Positions 1 to 8,720 of a stretch of DNA of 64,000 bases are shown here, piece after piece (position 1 is the first letter of the stretch; each line of letters starts with the position of its first letter). A program made the translations under genes and the position numbers. Source of the stretch: Clostridiaceae bacterium (GTDB lineage: Bacteria > Bacillota > Clostridia > Saccharofermentanales > DTU023); NCBI GenBank assembly GCA_012838795.1, contig DUOO01000028.1:2324-66323 (forward strand), written 5' to 3'. Below the pieces are notes generated by a model that saw only the letters and a program-made list of their open reading frames with translations, had not been told where the DNA came from and ran no database searches.

Positions 1-11
1 GGATTATATAA

Positions 12-47
12 AATAAGAGGCCGGTCAGTTATTTCCGGCCTCTTATT
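12..47. terminator. Perfect 13-bp hairpin (aataagaggccgg / ccggcctcttatt), probable terminator just past the 3' end of tRNA-Lys; possibly bidirectional
   Basis: Inverted repeat 12-24 / 35-47 with a 10-nt loop. It lies 8 nt from the tRNA 3' end on the minus strand and is followed by T-rich sequence in both directions. Confidence 0.6.
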
Positions 48-54
48 CAATTTT

Positions 55-130
55 TGGTGATCCATCTGGGGATCGAACCCAGGACCCCTTGATTAAGAGT
101 CAAGTGCTCTGCCAGCTGAGCTAATGGATC
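55..130 (-). tRNA. tRNA-Lys (anticodon CTT)
   Basis: The reverse complement folds as a 76-nt cloverleaf. Acceptor stem is gatccat/atggatc, anticodon stem-loop is cttga-ctCTTaa-tcaag, T arm is ctggg-ttcgatc-cccag, and CCA is encoded. Confidence 0.9.
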
Positions 131-297
131 ATAAGAGCTTTTATAGAGCTAATAAATTATATCAAAGTAAAAACAAAAATAAAACGGTAAAACCAAATAT
201 TTTTTAAGTTGGTTAATAATGTATAATATAAGCTGTTATTAAGATGGACTTAGATATATATTTATAGAAACATAATGATGAATTTCGGGAGCATAGA

Positions 298-1779
298 ATG
301 AAGAAAAAGTTTGTATTTATAGTTGTATTGATTTTGTTGCTTACTGTTAGTTTCAGTGGTTGCGGAAAAACAAAAATTGATGTCGAACAATTATTTTTGG
401 TAACGGAAATGGGCGGAAACGGTTATGGATCTGTTGAGGTAAAAATCAGTGATTATTACGTAGATTCATTGGTTAATCCTTATGCGAGCGGCAGTAAATC
501 TAAAGTGGACGGAAATACTTTGCTCTCAAGAAATCTTTATTTTGATTCCTTGCAATTTCAGATAACTAGTCCGAATCAAAATTTATCAAACGGTGATATT
601 GTTGAAATAACAATTATTGATAATGAACAATTAGCGAAAAATGCTAAGGTTAAATTAAGCAAGAACGTTTATCAGTATCAGGTTTCTTTTTTACCTGAGT
701 TGAAAGTGTTGTATCCGTTTAATGACTATGAGGTTACTTTTGAAGGAGACAATGGTGAGGGTTATATAAATATTTGGGGATATGTAAAAGCTGAGAATGG
801 TAATTATTTAATGACATCGGTTGAATGTTCGGCATATGATTCCGCCGGGAATAAATTGGGAAATGATAGATATTCATATGAAAAACATGAAGGGTATTCA
901 GATGAAATTCAAGGCTTATCTAACGGGGACACCGTAACTTTAAAACTTGATTACGATAAAATGTCATTGGCTCAAGAAGGCTACGTGATGAATCAAGACG
1001 AACAAATTTATACAGTTTCAGGATTGGAAGAATATGAAATAGTTGATGAAGATCTTTTGTTTGATTCTTTTGATTACGAAATTCATGGTGCTTCGCCGAA
1101 TGCTTCAATGTCTGTTGAAAATAAACTTCCTGACGATTTATACGGTTATTTTTATTATACCGTATATCCGGATTATGATTTGGAAATAGGTGATAAAATT
1201 ACGATAACAGTTACGGCCGATCAAAGTAGACTTAAAGAAGCAGGTAAAACTTTACCGGGCGGCTCTTCGAGTTATGAATATGAACTGACAGAAGATATTC
1301 TTCCGCAATATCTGTCAAGTTTAGATGACATATCCGATACTGCAAAACAATATTTGGAGGCGGATTTATCTGATTATATTTTAAAAATTCAGGCCGATTA
1401 TAAATCTTCATACGAAGATGTTAAAGGAGATTATACAAGATTGGACTCTGTCACGGTGGGAGATTTGGAAAAAGTTATCCTTTTATATCCGAAATCTTCA
1501 ATGATGGATCAGATATATGATATCTACAATAATTTAATTTTTATTTATGAAGCAAGAGTTGTAACAGATGATTATTGGGAGAAATCCGAAACCTATGATT
1601 TGTATATAGCATTGGTTTATTCAAATATAATAAACTATCCGGGCTCCGGCTTATATGTTGATTCATCGAAATTATTTCATGTAAGTATGCTGGATACCTT
1701 ATCTAACATCGAAGATGAAGTTGTAAATCAATATCGTGATAAATATGTCGTATCTGAGATTGGTGCTTCTGATTTCTAA
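298..1779 (+). CDS. Hypothetical lipoprotein with three internally repeated modules
   Basis: Signal peptide with lipobox (LLLTVSFSGC). RBS gggag lies upstream. Three modules share G-x-NG-x-G ... SNGD-x-V-x-[IL] ... Y-x-V. No family recognised. Confidence 0.6.
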   Translation: MKKKFVFIVVLILLLTVSFSGCGKTKIDVEQLFLVTEMGGNGYGSVEVKISDYYVDSLVNPYASGSKSKVDGNTLLSRNLYFDSLQFQITSPNQNLSNGDIVEITIIDNEQLAKNAKVKLSKNVYQYQVSFLPELKVLYPFNDYEVTFEGDNGEGYINIWGYVKAENGNYLMTSVECSAYDSAGNKLGNDRYSYEKHEGYSDEIQGLSNGDTVTLKLDYDKMSLAQEGYVMNQDEQIYTVSGLEEYEIVDEDLLFDSFDYEIHGASPNASMSVENKLPDDLYGYFYYTVYPDYDLEIGDKITITVTADQSRLKEAGKTLPGGSSSYEYELTEDILPQYLSSLDDISDTAKQYLEADLSDYILKIQADYKSSYEDVKGDYTRLDSVTVGDLEKVILLYPKSSMMDQIYDIYNNLIFIYEARVVTDDYWEKSETYDLYIALVYSNIINYPGSGLYVDSSKLFHVSMLDTLSNIEDEVVNQYRDKYVVSEIGASDF

Positions 1780-1806
1780 TAATTATTGTTGTGAAATATT
1801 TAATTG

Positions 1807-1840
1807 TAAGATGAACTAAAAATCTATTCAGTTCATCTTA
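1807..1840 (+). terminator. 11-bp perfect hairpin after the lipoprotein gene (weak terminator candidate, no U-tract)
   Basis: taagatgaact (1807-1817) pairs with agttcatctta (1830-1840). No T-run follows. Confidence 0.3.
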
Positions 1841-2033
1841 AGTGTCAAGCGGAAATCACAAATTCAACTGGTAAATATCATCAAATAATTGCTCATATTA
1901 TTAGATTCAGCTATAATCATAATTTGAGAAATATTGAATTTTATTCGACATTTCTCGTTTTTATTTTGCTTTTGACAAAATAAATTAATTTTATACCAAA
2001 TTTTCAAGAAAAGAATTTGATCGGGAGGACGTA

Positions 2034-3422
2034 ATGGAAGGATTTTTCAAACTAAAGGCAAACAAAACAAATGTTTCTACTGAAGTAATGGCAGGTATTA
2101 CGACATTTTTTGCAATGTCTTATATCTTAATAGTGAATCCGAACATGTTAAGTGAAACAGGTATGCCGAAAGGTGCAGTTTATTTGGCTACGATTTTGGC
2201 TTCTGCAATCGGCACTTTAGTAATGGGTTTATTTGCAAATGTACCATATGCGGTTGCACCGGGAATGGGCTTAAATGCATTTTTTACATTTACTGTTGTT
2301 TTTGCTTACGGCTATTCTTGGCAGCAGGCTTTGGCAATGGTATTTATTTGCGGAGTGATAAATATACTAATAACGATTACTAATGTTCGTAAGATGATAA
2401 TCAAAGCAATTCCGGAAAGTTTGCAACATGCGATCGGCGGCGGCATCGGCATTTTTATCGGATATTTAGGTTTGATTAATTCCGGTTTGATTCATAATAG
2501 CCCTGCATCCGAAGCGGGTTCCACTCAATTATTACCAACTTTAACCAATTTTAAAAATAGTGCGGTCTTGGTTGCTTTGATAGGTTTAGTTATTACAATT
2601 ATTCTCTTGGTTTTAAAAGTTAAAGGAGCTATATTGATCAGTATTATTTTAACAACAATTATAGGTATCCCATTTGGAGTAACTTCATTGGATGCTCAAT
2701 CTTCAATCTCTTTTGGTGAAGCGGTTGGCGAATTGAAAACTACATTTATGGCGGCATTCGGTCCGGAAGGTATTCAGTCATTATTCAATCAAGGAATGGA
2801 CAAAACTATTCTGGCAATTATTACAATTTTCACTTTCAGTTTATCTGATACTTTTGATACTATCGGTACATTTATCGGAACCGGCAGAGCTTCCGGAATT
2901 TTCACAGCAGAAGAAGAAAAACGTATGTATGAACAGGCAGGTTTTTCGACTCGACTAGACAAAGCTTTATTTGCTGATTCAATCGCAACATCAATCGGTG
3001 CTGTTCTCGGCACATCAAACACAACAACATATGTCGAATCTACTGCAGGTATCGGAGCAGGCGGACGTACGGGATTGACTTCGGTAGTAGTTGCAATTCT
3101 GTTTTTGATAACTTCATTCTTTGCACCGTTAGCAAGTATTGTACCTGCTGCAGCAACAGCACCTGCTTTGATTGTTGTCGGTGTTATGATGCTTTCAAGT
3201 TTTGCAAGTATTAAATGGGAAGATCTGAACGAGGCCATTCCTGCATTCTTTGCAGCAATTTTCATGGGTTTCAGTTATTCAATCTCTTATGGTATTGCAT
3301 TCGGATTTATAGCGTACATTATTGTAAAAACAGCTCAAAGAAAATTCAAAGAATTACATCCGGTACTGATTGTATCTGCATTGCTCTTTGTAGCTAACTT
3401 TATAATTTTAGCTTTAGGCTGA
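2034..3422 (+). CDS. NCS2-family purine (adenine/guanine/hypoxanthine) permease, AzgA/PbuG type
   Basis: The N-terminus FKLKANKTNVSTEVMAGITTFFAMSYILIVNPNML is typical of the family. The protein is multi-TM. RBS gggagg lies upstream. Confidence 0.85.
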   Translation: MEGFFKLKANKTNVSTEVMAGITTFFAMSYILIVNPNMLSETGMPKGAVYLATILASAIGTLVMGLFANVPYAVAPGMGLNAFFTFTVVFAYGYSWQQALAMVFICGVINILITITNVRKMIIKAIPESLQHAIGGGIGIFIGYLGLINSGLIHNSPASEAGSTQLLPTLTNFKNSAVLVALIGLVITIILLVLKVKGAILISIILTTIIGIPFGVTSLDAQSSISFGEAVGELKTTFMAAFGPEGIQSLFNQGMDKTILAIITIFTFSLSDTFDTIGTFIGTGRASGIFTAEEEKRMYEQAGFSTRLDKALFADSIATSIGAVLGTSNTTTYVESTAGIGAGGRTGLTSVVVAILFLITSFFAPLASIVPAAATAPALIVVGVMMLSSFASIKWEDLNEAIPAFFAAIFMGFSYSISYGIAFGFIAYIIVKTAQRKFKELHPVLIVSALLFVANFIILALG

Positions 3423-3462
3423 TCTGATATTAAGTTGTTAAGCTTAAAAATATTCTGAAGTG

Positions 3463-3497
3463 CTGATTATACTGAATTTATGATTCAGTATAATTAG
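3463..3497 (+). terminator. 15-bp hairpin (one G-U pair) after the permease gene
   Basis: ctgattatactgaat / attcagtataattag with loop ttatg. Only a weak T stretch follows. Confidence 0.4.
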
Positions 3498-3543
3498 TCT
3501 TGCAATGTTAATGTGTATTTTGTACTTTGGAATTTTTAAAGTA

Positions 3544-3552
3544 TGATATAAT
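3544..3552 (+). promoter_or_regulatory. Extended -10 promoter element (TGaTATAAT) upstream of the phosphofructokinase gene
   Basis: Exact TGnTATAAT match about 50 nt upstream of the ATG at 3603. Confidence 0.4.
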
Positions 3553-3602
3553 AAGCATGCATAAATTTATATAAATTTCAAATGCGTTTTGGAGGTTTCA
3601 TA

Positions 3603-4844
3603 ATGTTAAAAGGTAATTTAATCTTTGGTCAATCAGGCGGACCGACTTCAGTTATTAACTGCAGTGCGGCCGGCGTTTTTATCGAAGCTCTGGAGAATGG
3701 TGATCGTATTGAAAAAGTATATGGTGCTCATCACGGAATTTTGGGTGTTTTGAATGAAGATTTCTTCGATATGGGTCAAGAAAATAAGGATGAACTGTTA
3801 TTGTTAAAACAAACACCGGCTTCTATTTTAGGATCATGTCGCTATAAATTAGCAGATCCGGAAGAAGATGATACGGATTATCAAAGAATTTTAGAAGTAT
3901 TTCAAAAGTATAATATTCGCTTTTTCTTTTATAATGGCGGAAATGATTCAATGGATACATGTAATAAAATTTCCAAGTTTTTACAAGAGAGGGACTATGA
4001 GTGTCGGGTAGTAGGTGTTCCGAAAACTATTGATAACGATCTTTTCGGAACGGATTTTTGTCCGGGATTCCCTTCAGCAGCACGGTATATTGCGACTACA
4101 GTGATGGAAGTTTATTGCGATTCCGTAGTTTATCCTACAGGACAAATTACATTGATTGAAATCATGGGACGTAATGCCGGCTGGTTGACAGCTGCTTCGG
4201 TAATTGCTGCAAAAAAAGGCTATGGTCCTGATTTAATTTATTTACCGGAAGTTAAATTTGATTTGGAAAAATTTACTGCAGATGTCAAACGTATTTTTGA
4301 AGAAAAAGGTAAAGTTTTGGTTTGCTTCTCAGAAGGTGTACAAACCACTGACGGAAAGTATATTCCTGAATTAGCAGGTGAAGTTAAAATTGATGCATTC
4401 GGTCATAAACAAATGGGTGGTGCGGCAGCAGTTCTGAAAGAATATATTGAAAATCAAATTAATACAAAAGTTCGTGCTGTCGAATTATCTTTAATGCAGA
4501 GATGCGGGGCTCATCTGGCTTCTGAAGTAGACGTTGAAAGAACGTTTGAAGCCGGCAGAGAAGCCGTTCGTGCGGCCTTAAATGGTGAAACTGATGTTAT
4601 GATCGGATTTGAACGAGTATCGAATGATCCGCTAGAAATTAAATTAACCCATTTCCCATTGGCAAAAGTTGCTAATACTGAGCAAAAAGTTCCGCGTGAA
4701 TGGATTAATGAAGAAGGTAATTTTGTTAAAGATGAATTTATAGATTATTGCTTACCGTTGATTCAAGGTGAACCACTAAGAATTAAAGAAGATTCATTAC
4801 CGAGATTTGCTCAACTTAAATTTGTTCAAGCCGGTAAAAAATAA
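3603..4844 (+). CDS. pfp: 6-phosphofructokinase, probably pyrophosphate-dependent (PPi-PFK)
   Basis: PFK-A family motifs are present: GQSGGPTSVIN, GGNDSMDT, PKTIDNDL, MGRNAGWL. Asp in GGNDS and Lys in PKTIDND are the PPi-type residues. Start moved to the ATG at 3603, behind the ggagg RBS (ORF track start is 3582). Confidence 0.85.
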   Translation: MLKGNLIFGQSGGPTSVINCSAAGVFIEALENGDRIEKVYGAHHGILGVLNEDFFDMGQENKDELLLLKQTPASILGSCRYKLADPEEDDTDYQRILEVFQKYNIRFFFYNGGNDSMDTCNKISKFLQERDYECRVVGVPKTIDNDLFGTDFCPGFPSAARYIATTVMEVYCDSVVYPTGQITLIEIMGRNAGWLTAASVIAAKKGYGPDLIYLPEVKFDLEKFTADVKRIFEEKGKVLVCFSEGVQTTDGKYIPELAGEVKIDAFGHKQMGGAAAVLKEYIENQINTKVRAVELSLMQRCGAHLASEVDVERTFEAGREAVRAALNGETDVMIGFERVSNDPLEIKLTHFPLAKVANTEQKVPREWINEEGNFVKDEFIDYCLPLIQGEPLRIKEDSLPRFAQLKFVQAGKK

Positions 4845-4870
4845 ATTATTTTTTAATTTGCAATAATGGA

Positions 4871-4899
4871 AAAAACCGAGTTTCTATCTCGGTTTTTTC
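4871..4899 (+). terminator. Rho-independent terminator after pfp
   Basis: aaaaaccgag / ctcggttttt stem followed by a T-run. Confidence 0.8.
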
Positions 4900-5010
4900 T
4901 ATTCATTTAAATATTAATCATTTTGATTAAGTAAAAAACTGATGATATATATGTTAAAATTAATTTAACAAAAGTGATGCTTTAATGAGAAGTGACGGGT
5001 GCTGTTATAT

Positions 5011-5568
5011 ATGTTGGAATTAAATTTAACAACAAAACGGCTGAAAATTAAAAGATTTTGTAAAAATGATATAGATCAAGTTTATAATTTGTTTCGGAAT
5101 CAAGAAGTATTATATTATTATTTACCGGATCAAATAGAAACAATTACGAAAAAAGATTTAGCTGAATTTTTGTCAGACTGGGATGATGATACAAGCAGTT
5201 TTCTGTTTTCCTGTTTCTTGAAAGAACAATTAGTTGCGATTTTTTCTTTAGAAGATTTTTCCTTGAAACAAAGTCGCACTGAATGTGGTATTGCAATTGT
5301 TGATCAAAAATTTTATGGCAAAGGATATGCAACGGAAGTTGTTGCAGCTATGGTGGATTTTTTGTTTAATGAACTAAACCTAAACAGGATATATATTCGG
5401 TATATTGAAGGTAATACTCGTTCTTATCAATTGTTCAGTAAGTTAGGTTTTAAACATGAAGGCAGTTTAAGAGAACATGTAAAACGCAATAACATATATT
5501 TAAATATGAACTACATGGGATTATTAAAATCCGAATATTTGAAAATGAAAAATGATAGATTATGTTAA
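5011..5568 (+). CDS. GNAT-family N-acetyltransferase (RimJ/RimL-like)
   Basis: LTTKRLKIKRF...D, then QKFYGKGYATEV (acetyl-CoA binding Q/RxxGxG/A motif) and a NxxSxxLFxKLGFxxEG tail. Start uncertain: ATG 5011 or GTG 4999. Confidence 0.7.
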   Translation: MLELNLTTKRLKIKRFCKNDIDQVYNLFRNQEVLYYYLPDQIETITKKDLAEFLSDWDDDTSSFLFSCFLKEQLVAIFSLEDFSLKQSRTECGIAIVDQKFYGKGYATEVVAAMVDFLFNELNLNRIYIRYIEGNTRSYQLFSKLGFKHEGSLREHVKRNNIYLNMNYMGLLKSEYLKMKNDRLC

Positions 5569-5661
5569 AGTTTATTGAAAGATATTTATGCAATTAAAGC
5601 TTTATATTATTTATTAATAAACATAAATTTAATTGGAGTTTGTGGTTAAGGATGTTAGGGA

Positions 5662-7152
5662 ATGATTAAATCAGTTTTTACTGCTCACTTGAGTGAATAT
5701 GATAAAAAAGATTTAACTCTCTTGATAAATGACCGATCAATCGGTTCTCTTTCACCTGAAAATAAATCTAATTATGTACTCACTTCCAGTCGTGAAGTTC
5801 ATATGGTCAGCGGATTTTCTAATCAATCGATCTATTACGATCCGAGGTTTAACAGTGATCGGATTTATCTTTGGAATCAAGCATTTAAAGAAATGCAGTC
5901 ACAGGGCCTGAAAGCTTTTCCGAGTTTTATTGATGATCATCACATATATTCTGAATACCTCTATCTTTTTACATCTGACATATTTATAGGTTGGCAAGAT
6001 CGAAATAACGGATTATATTTATTTAGAAATGGCAGATTATATCGTCTTCAACCGACTATATTGCCACCAAATGTTTTTGACCCCGATTGGATGCAACATA
6101 CGGATTTTTATTCTTTCGTGCCGAAAATTTCGGATATTGTTTTCAGTATCACTGAAAAGGTCTTTGAGCGTTTAGATATTAATAAAATTGAGAAAATACT
6201 TCAAGATAGTGGTCAATTGGCGACTTCTATGAGCCGAATCTTAAATTTGTTGCGCACTTATAATCGAAAATTAGATTTAAGTTGGATAGGCTTCGAATTT
6301 GAACGAATAGAGAAGAATTTGTTTGCCGGAGAAATAGCGGAAGATCTGGCTAATTTTGAGGGACAGACCAGACTTAGTCAGGGGAAACGTGATTTCACTC
6401 GTTTGATCAACAGTTCCAGAGTATCCAGAGTCAAAGACGGTCAACGTCTGATTCCTGCACCCAAAGCTGCTGTTAACCTCTCAATCAAATCGAATCGATT
6501 AAATCCACGATTGAGTCACTCCGGACAGGCAAACGAATATGATTTTAATATGGATGATAACAGATCATCAACAAAAATTACTAAATCAAATCACCGCTCA
6601 AGCTTTAAAGAAGATCGACTTGTCAGACAAAGAAATCTGGAAAAGTTAGAAAGTCAAAGACCGCATAGCGATATTGTTTGGGATAATGTACGTTCATTTA
6701 GTTTTGAACCGATTATCGCAAATTTGAAATCAGCGGTTAAAAATTTCTTTTCTTTGATACCCCATAAACCGATTCTCTCAAAATTCCTTGCAACATCTAT
6801 TATTTTGGTAGCGATTGTATTATTTACTTTAATCGGTACTGCAATAGGCTTGCGATCAAAGACTGATAGTGCTGATATACCGACCGAAACAACACCGTTT
6901 ATAACAAGAAAAATCAGTCTGGATGAAGAGGTGGTTCCGCCGGATTCTGCTTTATTGGAAGTTGATATCACAGTTAAAGCCAATAACTTACAAGTAAGAC
7001 AAGCGCCTCGTTCAGATGCTCCGCTTGTTGCTACTGTTCAAAGGGGAGCCAAAGTTACACAACTTTCGGAACCTAATAACAATTGGGTATTTATTCGCTT
7101 GGATGACGGAAAAACTGTCGGTTACGCTTATGCAAAATCATTATTAGATTAA
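5662..7152 (+). CDS. Membrane protein: unknown cytoplasmic N-domain, single TM, extracellular bacterial SH3 domain
   Basis: TM segment is LATSIILVAIVLFTLIGTAIGL. The C-terminus VRQAPRSDAPLVATVQRGAKVTQLSEPNNNWVFIRLDDGKTVGYAYAKSLL is SH3b-like. The N-domain is unassigned. Confidence 0.5.
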   Translation: MIKSVFTAHLSEYDKKDLTLLINDRSIGSLSPENKSNYVLTSSREVHMVSGFSNQSIYYDPRFNSDRIYLWNQAFKEMQSQGLKAFPSFIDDHHIYSEYLYLFTSDIFIGWQDRNNGLYLFRNGRLYRLQPTILPPNVFDPDWMQHTDFYSFVPKISDIVFSITEKVFERLDINKIEKILQDSGQLATSMSRILNLLRTYNRKLDLSWIGFEFERIEKNLFAGEIAEDLANFEGQTRLSQGKRDFTRLINSSRVSRVKDGQRLIPAPKAAVNLSIKSNRLNPRLSHSGQANEYDFNMDDNRSSTKITKSNHRSSFKEDRLVRQRNLEKLESQRPHSDIVWDNVRSFSFEPIIANLKSAVKNFFSLIPHKPILSKFLATSIILVAIVLFTLIGTAIGLRSKTDSADIPTETTPFITRKISLDEEVVPPDSALLEVDITVKANNLQVRQAPRSDAPLVATVQRGAKVTQLSEPNNNWVFIRLDDGKTVGYAYAKSLLD

Positions 7153-7293
7153 TGAAATTTAACAAGAATAATACAATAATAATATATGATTATTAAAAGC
7201 TTATATGTAAACACAAAGCAAAAAAAGTAAATGAGTAAATGAGTTTAATATTTTATAAATAATTAATAGCGATTATATTAATCAAGGAGAAAT

Positions 7294-8049
7294 ATGATTA
7301 CATCTGTTAAAACTGATATGCACACCCATACAATAGCCAGCGGCCATGCATACAGTACAATTTTGGATAATGTGGCCGCTGCAAAGAACATGGGCTTGGA
7401 AGCAATTGCAATTACTGAGCATGGACCTACAATGCCGGGTTCAGTTCATCAAATTTATTTTCATAATTTTTCTGTTGTACCTAGAAAGATTGACGGAATA
7501 TATGTCTTTTGCGGAGTAGAACTAAACGTTTTAGATTATCAGGGAAATGTAGATCTTTCTAATAATCTGCTCAGCAGACTGGATTTTGTAATAGCAAGTA
7601 TACATGGCAATATCCTTGATTCCGGTACAATGCAAAATCATACTGAAGCATGGCTCGGAGTTATTAATAATCCCTACATTGATTGTTTAGGACATCCGGG
7701 TCGAGGCGATTTCGAATTCGATTTAAGTGAGGTCCTGACTGCCTGTAAACGCAATAATGTTGCTATAGAAGTTAATGTGAAATCTCTGGAAAAACACATC
7801 AACAGACCTCGATGCGAAGATATTATTCTTGGATGCAAAGCATTTGAAGTACCGATTCTAGTTAATTCAGATGCTCATTTTTCATTTGATATCGGTCAAT
7901 TCAAGCTTTCAATTGACCTTTTGAATTCTTTGAATTTTCCTGAGGAATTAGTAATTAATCGAGATATTAAATCATTATTACCCTGGTTAGCTAAACGCAA
8001 ACCATGGAAATCTGATATTCAAGATTTAGCTAAGCAATTTGCCGATTAA
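7294..8049 (+). CDS. PHP-domain metal-dependent phosphatase (YcdX-like)
   Basis: DMHTHTIASGHAYS ... ITEHGP ... SDAH motifs. Strong RBS aaggag. Confidence 0.7.
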   Translation: MITSVKTDMHTHTIASGHAYSTILDNVAAAKNMGLEAIAITEHGPTMPGSVHQIYFHNFSVVPRKIDGIYVFCGVELNVLDYQGNVDLSNNLLSRLDFVIASIHGNILDSGTMQNHTEAWLGVINNPYIDCLGHPGRGDFEFDLSEVLTACKRNNVAIEVNVKSLEKHINRPRCEDIILGCKAFEVPILVNSDAHFSFDIGQFKLSIDLLNSLNFPEELVINRDIKSLLPWLAKRKPWKSDIQDLAKQFAD

Positions 8050-8156
8050 TATCTTGTTTTGTTTAATAATTTGCTTACTGTATATGGCGGCATCATTATT
8101 GCAAATTAATTTTCAAGTGTTCAATTAATATATAAAAATCTATTTTACATCAAGAT

Positions 8157-8185
8157 TGGACAAATGAATATTATTATTGTATTAT
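8157..8185 (+). promoter_or_regulatory. Sigma-70-type promoter for the tRNA-Gly/tRNA-Arg pair
   Basis: -35 TGGACA, 17-nt spacer, -10 TATTAT. It ends about 30 nt before the tRNA-Gly 5' end. Confidence 0.5.
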
Positions 8186-8215
8186 GTTTTAGCATTGTTT
8201 TGGAGGAGTTAATTT

Positions 8216-8289
8216 GCGGGTGTAGTTCAACGGTAGAACATCAGCCTTCCAAGCTGAATACGAGGGTTCGATTCCCTTCACCCGCTCCA
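8216..8289 (+). tRNA. tRNA-Gly (anticodon TCC)
   Basis: Acceptor gcgggtg/cacccgc, anticodon loop ctTCCaa, T loop ggttcgattcc, CCA encoded. Confidence 0.9.
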
Positions 8290-8312
8290 TAAAAGCTCCT
8301 CATTTCATTTAC

Positions 8313-8389
8313 GGGTCTATAGCTCAGCCGGATAGAGCAACAGCCTTCTAAGCTGTGGGTCGCAGGTTCGAATCCTGCTAGGCTCACCA
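8313..8389 (+). tRNA. tRNA-Arg (anticodon TCT)
   Basis: Acceptor gggtcta/taggctc (two G-U pairs), anticodon loop ctTCTaa, T arm gcagg-ttcgaat-cctgc, CCA encoded. Confidence 0.88.
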
Positions 8390-8394
8390 CCTAT

Positions 8395-8433
8395 GAAGCA
8401 CTGATACTTGTGAGTATCGGTGCTTCTGTTTTT
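8395..8433 (+). terminator. Rho-independent terminator after the tRNA pair
   Basis: 13-bp stem gaagcactgatac / gtatcggtgcttc (one G-U pair), loop ttgtga, then tgttttt. Confidence 0.8.
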
Positions 8434-8446
8434 AGAAATGCCTGAT

Positions 8447-8653
8447 CTATGATCGGAAAATATTATTTAATTTCCCTGACGCAATCTCTTTCCTCTTGTT
8501 TGTTTCATCTTGATCCAACTCAAAAGAAATTTTGAATACATCACCTTCTTTTGCTTTGGAGGGTAAAACGGATTTTTTAATATTTATTATTTCACCCTCA
8601 ATTTCACATACTGCAAATTCATTTTCAAAACGATCGATTATCAATTTAGTCAT
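8447..8653 (-). CDS. DUF3006-family small protein
   Basis: LIIDRFENEFAVCE...INIKKSVLPSKAKEGDV is typical of DUF3006. RBS ggaggg. Sits just downstream of an MBL-fold gene, the usual pairing. Confidence 0.7.
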   Translation of the reverse strand: MTKLIIDRFENEFAVCEIEGEIINIKKSVLPSKAKEGDVFKISFELDQDETNKRKEIASGKLNNIFRS

Positions 8654-8720
8654 AAATTCCCTCCGTGAAAAATATTTTCAGTTTCACTATATGAATTAAA
8701 TCTGTTTAATAATATTATTT

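Noticed and set aside
1780-2033. Purine riboswitch upstream of the purine permease
   Set aside because: I looked for the conserved purine-riboswitch junction and loop strings (tataat...ggatatgg...ctaccggg...ccgtaaat type) and found none. The region is plain AT-rich spacer.
2789-3397. ORFs of 158 aa (minus) and 60 aa (plus) inside the permease gene
   Set aside because: They are alternative-frame shadows of a conserved NCS2 permease and have no independent signals.
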